Shown piece after piece: positions 1 to 9,000 of a DNA stretch of 32,000 nt; position 1 is the first letter of the stretch, and the number at the start of each line of letters is the position of its first letter. The position numbers and the translations under genes are program-made. This DNA comes from Synechocystis sp. PCC 6803 substr. PCC-P (GTDB lineage: Bacteria; Cyanobacteriota; Cyanobacteriia; Cyanobacteriales; Microcystaceae), in assembly GCF_000284455.1 (NCBI RefSeq), contig NC_017039.1, positions 2,160,001 to 2,192,000 of the forward strand, written 5' to 3'. The notes below the pieces were generated by a model. It saw only the letters and a list, made by a program, of their open reading frames with translations. It was not told the origin of the DNA and made no database searches.

Positions 1-3000
1 AAGGCGATTATCTTTACCTTGTCTTTGCCGATAATCTCAAAAATGACTCGGCTAATCCCCCCAGTAACTCCCAATTTACGATTAAAACTAGCGATGGGAA
101 TACCACTACTCCCACCAACGTTTCCCTAGCCCAAAATACCATTACCCTAACCCTGACTAATTCTGTTAATGCTAGCCAAATTGTTGAAGTTAGTTATAGC
201 TTAAGCGGGACTAATCTCACTTCTAATCTGTATCTGGCTGATGCCACAAATACAAGCTTTTGGGTTCCTGATTTCACCAACTCTGTTCAATCCGCTGGCA
301 GTACTAGTACTGCTCCCACCAGTTTGTTAGGGTCGGTAATTTCTAACCTGATCACCATTCCCTTCAATCAGACCCTAAACGTCAATCAAATTCCCAATGG
401 CGGTCAATTTCAAGTCACCGTTAATGGCAATAGCACCAGTCCCATTACCGTCACCAGCGTCACCGTTGCTGATACTTCTATCACCCTGGTTTTAAATCAG
501 ATTATTGGCCAGGGTCAATTGGTCACCATTACCTATACCCCTAACTCCAATGGTGAAAATAACTTAGTTAGCAATACTGGCACTCCCCAAACCGTTGCAT
601 CCTTCAGCACCAACAACTTTTTAACCACCGCTTCTAGCACAGGTACGGTTATTAAAACGGCATTTTCTCCCTTTGGGGACAGTGGTATTTCCTCCATCAC
701 CACTATTCCTGGCACTACCGGTATTAATTCGGATGTTGTGGCCACGCTTTACCAAAATCCCAGCACCAAAGCATTGCAAAACGTTGTAGCTTGGGTTAAC
801 GTCGATACTTCCGCCCTCTCTCTTAAGACCATTCCCGGGCAAAACTACGGCCCCAATGAAGCGGCCTTGATAACCACTGCCGCTCAGCAATCGGACATCT
901 ACTATGCGGTGCTTGGCCCCGATAATCAATGGGGTTTAGCCGCTCCGATTTTCTCCAGCCAACCAGGACAGGACCAAAAAGTAACATTGGGAGTTGGCCC
1001 TGGGGGCAATTTACTGGCGGCTTGGTTGAATACCCAACTGGATAGCGATGGTGATCCCAATACCACTATTCAGTTAGCGACTTTTAATGGTACTACGTGG
1101 ACTAATCCAACAATCCTAGGCGGAGCAAATGCCGGCATCAATCCCAATAGTTTCAGTGAATTAAGTATTAGTTCCATTAATGGACAACCAGCGATTTTCT
1201 GGACGGAAAGCCGGCCCCCTTCCTACAGCAACTTGGTATCAGAGCAGAATCCTTTGGTTTATCTACGGCTAGGGGAATTGAGCGGCACAACGGTTATTAA
1301 CCAAGGGCAATTATCCGTGGCAGGAAATGGCACCTACAGCACGGCTGGTTATACTCTGGGCCAGGTGGGGGCGCTGGAAAATACTAACACCAATACAGGG
1401 GACTTTAACCCCGCCGTGTTATTCAATGGTGGCGGGATAACAATCAATTCGCCAGTACCTGTTTCCGTGCAAGGTTTTTCGGTGGAATTTTGGTTCAAAT
1501 TACCAACGTCTGACGGAGTAGTGGGTTTGGCTAATTTGGCCGGGGTATTTGATCTGAGTTTGAATGAAGATAGCTTAACTTTTACCTTGAATAATGGGAG
1601 TAACCCCCAGATTAGCGGCACTGTTACCACTGGTAATTGGCATTATGTGGTGGGAACTTATGATCCTGTTAAACAAATTCTTGACCTTTACCTCGATGGT
1701 CAATTGGTAAATACTCTAGAAAATATTGCTTTTGCCAATTTGCCCCAGTCGGGAACGCTAACTTTAGCGGGTAGTGGTGGGTCTGTTTATTTGGATGAAT
1801 TTGCTTTTTATAATTCGATTCTTTCCTATGTTGATAATGGTTCTAGCCCTAGTTCAAGTAATAATAATTTTCTCAATTTAACGGGTTCCCAACTAATTAA
1901 CGGAATTTGGGGGGTTAACGAAGTCGGTTCCCACTATCAAGCTCGCTTTTTTGAGCCAGTGACAGCGGGACCAGAAACTAACTACAGCGTTTGGGACAGC
2001 AGTGGCAATAGTTGGCAAAGTCCCGTTAGTATTAACCCCGTTGATGAAGTCGTTCCTACCATTCTTTCGGCAGCCAATAATCCCATTTGGGACATTGTTT
2101 CTGCTAATCCTGCTGGTAATAATAATGCCCAAATTGCTCCCAACGGTAACCCCGATACCATTTTTCAAGTTAACTTAACCGGGCAACAGGGAAGTGAGAT
2201 TACTGGGTTTACTGTAACTACGTCCAATAATCAACTCTGGACTGTAGGCACAGATGGCACAGGTAATGCGTTTAGTGAGAGCTGGCAGCTAGGGGTAATT
2301 CTAGCGGAGAACGCAGATAGTACGACGCCCCAATTGGAGTTCATTTCTGGGGATAAGTTACTCAATAGTCTGAATCCTGGAGCTACTTTTTCCCATCGGG
2401 TTATGGGGGCAACGGAAACCTTTACCATTTTTGTGGATACAGAGGGTAGTCCCCTAACTTCCCCTGCCACAGTCAATATTTACCTCCAGGGGCAAACTGA
2501 CCCTATTACCTTTACCTCCCTTTCCCCGATTCCCAACCAAGGTGGCCCCGTATCGGCTAACAGTCCCGATTATTTAGACAACCAAGTTCTCGGCATCGCC
2601 ACCATCAAAGAAGCTAATGATGCCTCCCTTTCCTTGGTGGACAGTGGCTTTGTGATTGATACCGATAATCCGGCGATCGCCGCAGTGATGGCCAGTGGTT
2701 TTAGTAATGGGGCTTTGGCCTATGTGGCCGTGGGCAATCGGGGTTATACAACCCAGGGCAATGCCGTACAGGGGTCAATCCAGATTTTATTTGCCGGGGG
2801 CGATGTTTTAAGCCAAAAATCCACCCTGCCTTTAACCACCACGGATTTATCGGGCAATGGGGACGGGGTGCTAATTACGGGCATTACCGACGCCGGGGAT
2901 ATTAATAATAATGTGCCTATGGCTTTAGTGACGGGGGATGTGGACGGGGATGGCGTAGATGATTTGGTCATTGGGAATGCCAACGCCAATGGGGGAACGG

Positions 3001-6000
3001 GAAGCATTTATGTGATTAACGGCCATTATCTCAATGGCCTGAAGGGCAAAAATCAAATTATTGATCTCAGTAATGCCAGTAACTGGACTAGTGATCAGGG
3101 TTTTGTGATTGATGGAGTGGATGCCGAGGGCGGGGCTGGTTTTTCCGTGGCGATCGGCAATTTCACTGGTAATGACCCCCAAATTGCCTTTGGTGCTCCC
3201 TTTGCCAAAAACGGTAATGGGGTGGCGGTGGGCAAAGTCTATCTTGTTTCCCCCAGTAATCCTAGTCAACTTTCCCCCATCCATATTGGCAACACCTTTA
3301 ATCTGACCAATCCCCAAAATCCTGCCCAGACTGTGACCGTGGGAGAAACGGCCGGCTACAGCTTGGGGGTTTCCCGTAAAATTTCCGGTGGCCCGGTCAC
3401 TTTCACCAACAACTCTGGCGACGATCTATTTATCGGTTCCTCCACCTACGGCGTACAAGTCAGTAACCAATGGGTGGGCAAAAGTGCTTTACCGTCGAAC
3501 AACCAGGGCAATTATCCCGATACTACTATGATCGCCGCTGGAGCAGTCCATGTGTATTCCCAGACCAGTAGCCAGCCCTTTGGCAAAGTGGCTACCTATA
3601 CTGGGCCTAATATTCCTGCCGCCAATGGAGTAGGGGCAAACTATTTGGCCGGAGCGGCCATTTCCCTAGGGGACTTTACAGATTTAGACGGGGATGGCCA
3701 TCAGGATTTAGCAATTTCTGCCTTGGGAGTTAATGGCAGTGCGGGGGCGGTTTATGCACTTAGCGGCAGTAAATTTACCCCTTCCAGTTCTCTCCAAGCC
3801 CTCAATGAAGCAGGTAATTTAATCATTAATGGCGGCATTGCTGGGGGTCGGGCCGGCATGACCATTATGACCCCAGGGGATGTGAACGGCGATGGTTATC
3901 AGGACTTTTTAATTACTGCCCCCCAAGCAGGCAACGGCACAGGGCAAAGTTATTTACTGTTTGGCCCCTTGGATTTATCAACCGAAATAGTACCGATCAT
4001 TGAATTAAATGCGATCGCCAATGACAGTAAACAAGTTTTTGTATTGAATGGCAGTTTGCCCAATCAACTAGCAGGAACAGCAGTAGTTAGTTTAGGGAAT
4101 ATCACGGGCACACAAGGGCCGAACAACAGACCCATTGATAGCTTTTTAATCAGTGCCCCCAATGCCCAGCAATTTTATGTGGTTTTCGGTCAGCCTTGGT
4201 TGGCCGCCGATGGCAGTCTTAATTTGGCGGATGTTGCTTCCGATAACGGTTTTGTCATTGATGGCAATTTAATTGGTAATCCTCCCACCACGTTTGAAAC
4301 TACATCCCAGTATATTGACACCACCCCGGCAATTCTTATCAATGGCTCCAACCTTTACCTAGCCTATAAAGGTTTCGGTGGCAATAACCAAATTTATTTC
4401 ACCGTCAGCACTAATAATGGTCAAAGTTGGAACTCGGAAGTACAGTTACCTCAATCTGCCCAAACTATTTTTCCCCCGGCGATCGCCTTTTTTAACAATG
4501 TTTTATACCTGGCCTATGTAGATGGTAACAACGGGTTAAATATCATCACTAGCCAAGATCAAGGCCAGACCTGGAATGCTCCTTTGGCCTTGGGGGGCAC
4601 TTCTTCCACACCGCCGACCCTGTTTGTTTACCAAGGAACCCTGTCCCTACTTTTTGCCGCCAACAACTCAACTTCCACCGTTCTGCAATTTTATTTAAAC
4701 AGCAGTAATGAATGGATTTACGCCAACGAAATTGGTAGTAACCAAACTGCTATTAGTGCTATCAGTGCCACAGTGTTGGGGGATACCCTCTATCTGGTTT
4801 ACAAAGGAGGAACTAGAAATACCCCCAGTACTCTTGACTACATAACATCCACCACCAACGCCGATCTTTCCGCTAACGATTGGAGCAGTATTCCTATTCC
4901 TGGAGTGAGTTCCCAGGGCGGCCCCAGTCTTACCAATGACGGCACCAATCTCTATCTGAGCTACCTCGACAGTAGTAATCAACTTAACTTCGTCAGTTCC
5001 GGTAATGGCATTAATTGGTCATCGCCCCAAGTCATTACCAACAACATCAGTCAGTCCCCGCCGGCGATCGCCTTTGCCAACAATGAACTTTATTTAAGCT
5101 ATCCCGGCCCCCAAGGTTCCCAAGAACTGAATGTAACCAGTTTTCCCCTTCCCTTTACAGGCAGTATCCTGGGCAACGGTAGTTTAGTTCGTTTCCTGGG
5201 GGATGTTAACGGGGATGGGTTTGCCGATGTTTTTTCGGGTGGAACTAATGCCGGCGCAATTATTTTTGGGAACAGCACCAAAGATTTATTAACAACCGCC
5301 AGTGGCAGTGAAGATTTAGTGATTTCCGTTCCCAATGCTACCCTTCGGGACGTGATTAGTGTCGGTGATTTTAACGGTGATGGCATTAAAGATTTGGGAG
5401 TTTTAGATGGTAACGGCAATTTTTATGTTGTTTTGGGCAATACCAGTCTTGGGGACTTAAAAACATTAAGTATTACCTCCAGTTCCTCCCCTGTGGTCAT
5501 TAATCAAGTGGGGGGCGTGACCAAATCCATGGCCATTGGTGACTACAACGGTGACGGCTATGACGACGTACTTTTGTGGGGAGATAACGGCAATCAGGTA
5601 GCTTGGGGGAATTCCACAGGAGTACTAAACAGTTTTACCAATATTGATTATCCCGAAACCCAAACAACAGCCACAGGGGTGGATCTCAACAGTGATGGTA
5701 TTCCAGAAATTGCCATTGGTAGTGACGAAAGGAAAATAGCAGGGCAGATTTCCACCAGCGGCAGTTTTTCCCTATTGCCCACTCCCACCACTTCCTCTGT
5801 AATTAATACCCTGGCGGCGGCCAATCAATTAGAAAATATTGGCGACTTCAATGGAGATGGCATTGCGGATTTAGCAGTCCTAGCTTCCAATTATTATGCG
5901 GCGGCGATCGGGGAACCGAATAATCTGCCCAATTATTTGAGTCGGCCCGGCAATCAAGGGGGCGTTTTTATCTTCTACGGGAATAGTAATGGTCTAAGCA

Positions 6001-9000
6001 ATACGGCCCAACCCGATGTTATTCTGGCAGCTCCCTTCACCAACCCCAGTGGACAGATCAGTACCTATCAACTGTCCCGCATTGCCCAGGCAGGGGACGT
6101 TAATGGGGATGGTTTTGATGATTTATTAATTAGTTCCCCCTACACCGTTGATGCGGAAAATAATCAGGGCGGTGTGTTTGTGGTTTTCGGCGGCGATGAC
6201 TGGAATAATCAACCCTTCGATTTAGGGCAGTTGCGGGCCAATCAATCCCAGGGTTCAAATCCCAGGGGTTTTGCCATTGATGGTTCGCCCAACTCCCAAG
6301 CGGGTATCGCCCTGAATGGCGGAGGGGATATTAACGGTGATGGTTTTGCAGATTTTATTATTGGTGCTCCTGGTGAAAACAATCTGCAATATAACCAGCA
6401 GATTGTGTTTATTGAAAATGGCGAACTTAGCGATGATGATAAATATAGTTATATCCTCTACCTTGACGGTAACCAAACGATTCAAATGGGGGGAGGTGAT
6501 TGGCAAGCCAATCAAGTTTGGACCAATCAGGTGGCCACCAATTGGAATAACAGTAGCCGACCGCCCGAGGCAGTTATTGGCCAATCCAATGGCGATATTT
6601 GGTACTATCCCGGTGGTAATCAAAACTGGCAATCCTGGGGCAAACTTCCCGCAGAAATAAACGAGTTAGCAGTTAATTGGAATACGAGCGGTAATCCCCA
6701 AATCATTGCGGGCCTGGGGGGCAAGGGCGGGATTGAATACTACAACGGTTCAACCTGGGTTAACAACGGCCCTTACCAGGGAGACGGTTGGCGGTCTGCC
6801 ATTACCCAAATGGCGGTGCAATGGGGGGAGGATGGATCTCCGTCCCAAATTGTTGTTGGTTTGGCTGATGGGGCGGTGATCTATTACAACACCCAGTCCG
6901 GTTGGCGAACCATTAATAATTTTGGCAAAAGTGTTACCCAGTTATCGGTGCAATGGCAGGAAGCTAGTAATCCCAATATTGTGGTTGGCTTGGATAATAG
7001 CGAGGTGCAATATTACCAGGGCAGTAACGGTGTCTGGACTCAATTCCACGATGATGGCTGGGTTTATCCCGTACAACAACTGGCCGTGCAGTGGACTAGC
7101 AATGACGCTCAACCCTTAGTGGTGGTGGGTCTGGGGGATGATAACGGCAACAATGGCTCCGTCTGGTATTACCAAGGCTCCGGGGAACAGGGCGGGTGGA
7201 CTTTCCTTTCCGGTCTTCCTTCGGGAGCGGCGATCGCCCAAATGGCGGTGCAATGGAATTTTAGTTCTAGTCCCAATCCCCCCAACAATGTTAATGATTT
7301 AAAAATAGTGGTGGGGCAAGCCGATAGTACGGTGAGTTACTACAACGGCAATGGTTGGACTGCCACCCCAGCCATTAACTCCAGCTTGCAAATTCCCACC
7401 CTAAATGCCATAACCGTCCAGTGGAGCGCCAATGGCCAGCCCCAGATCACTGTGGGCTTGGGAGATCCTGAATACGACAACGGCCAACTCTGGTATTTGC
7501 CCAACCCCAGTCAGTCTTGGCAGGAATTGCAAGGATCGGTCAACTACGCTTCCCCCATTACCCAGATTGATAGCTCCTGGACGGAATCCCTCGTTCCCAA
7601 CAGTCAAACTGATAATCTCAGCTACGTTTTCTTTGGCAGTGACTTTAACGACACGGTGAATCAAACGGGCACTATTGGTGATGATGTGATGGTGGGCAGT
7701 GCCACGGGGGAAAGCTTCCTGGCAGGGCAGGGGGATGATCAAATTTTGACCAAGGGTGGTTTGGATGTGGTCTATGCTGGCCCCGGTGATGACTGGGTTT
7801 CCGTCAGTGATACCTATTTCCGTCGGTTAAATGGGGGCACAGGATTTGATATTTTAGCTTTGCAGGGTTACAACGGCCAAAACTGGGATCTAACTACCCT
7901 TTCCCCTGGCCTGCGGTTACAGGATTTTGAAACCATTGATATTCGGGATTATGGTGCAAATCAATTAACCCTTAATTCCCTCAGCGTTATTAATTTGTCC
8001 AGCAATAATACCGTTATCGTCTTAATGGATGAAAGCGGTGATAGTTTGCAGTTAAGCAGTGACTTTGGTGCGGACGGGACGACTTATCAATACGGACAAA
8101 GATTCTATCAATATAAATCGAATAATTCCGCCGCCATTGTCTTAGTTAATCAGCCAACAATGCCAAGTTTTACCGCTCCAAGTCAGAATAAGCCCCAGCC
8201 TGTTTTACCGAATGGCAATGGAACAAGCAATACAGCAGCTTTAAATACCAATATTGCTAATACGGGTAATGCCAATACCGGCAATTTTAATGATGAAAAT
8301 ATCAACACAGGCAATGCTAATACCGGCAACTTTAATAACGGAAATACCAACACAGGCAATGTCGGAGATATAAATATTGCTACAAAACTATTTGTTTCCA
8401 GTCCTACAGCTTCTGAAGCTTTGGGGGAAGTTGACTTCACCATTGAACGGACAGGCGATCTAGACAAATATGTTGTTGTCAGTTACCTAACCCAGGATAT
8501 GGATGGCAAAGCAGGCGATCGCTATTTACCAGTAGCAGGACAGCTAGTATTCAAACCTGGGGAGACAAAAAAAACGATTAAAGTTAAAGTTCCTAATGAT
8601 AGTATTTACACAGGAGACAAACAATTTGGCCTGTTGGTTTCCCTGTTGGAAGAAGGGTTACAGCCAGGGAATGGGGAACAAGCATTTTTCTTAGCTGCTG
8701 ATGCCAATGGTTCCCAAATTCGCAATTGGAATTATCTCCCAGGAGAGTCAGCAAATAGTTTAACAGGGGGCGTAATTAACTTCTCTACCACCGTTAATGC
8801 TGGTCAAGCCCTAGTTAAGTTAGATGTTAATGGCTTAGCAGAATTTAATGACTTTGGCAGTTATAACCCCGTAGCCGGCAACTATGAATCCTTGATGCTC
8901 AATGGCATGACGGGAGCCAAATTTACCAACTTTGATAACGAAAATAATCCCCAGGGTCTAGAGCTTCAACTTTGGGATGGCGATCGGGGTGATGCCGATG

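Noticed and set aside
8243-8365. Whether the short tandem DNA repeats could be a CRISPR array or a VNTR outside a gene
   Set aside because: They are in frame within the giant ORF, only about 33 nt and imperfect, with no spacer/repeat architecture. They encode the NTGNx peptide run.
533-8467. About a dozen ORFs of 60-130 aa, on the minus strand or in alternate frames, inside the giant gene (e.g. 533-745, 621-929, 2925-3317, 6255-6632, 6316-6660, 7401-7742, 8183-8467)
   Set aside because: All are fully embedded in a long, motif-rich plus-strand ORF. Their translations are low-complexity and Pro/Gly/Val-rich mirror images with no motifs, so they are typical shadow ORFs.
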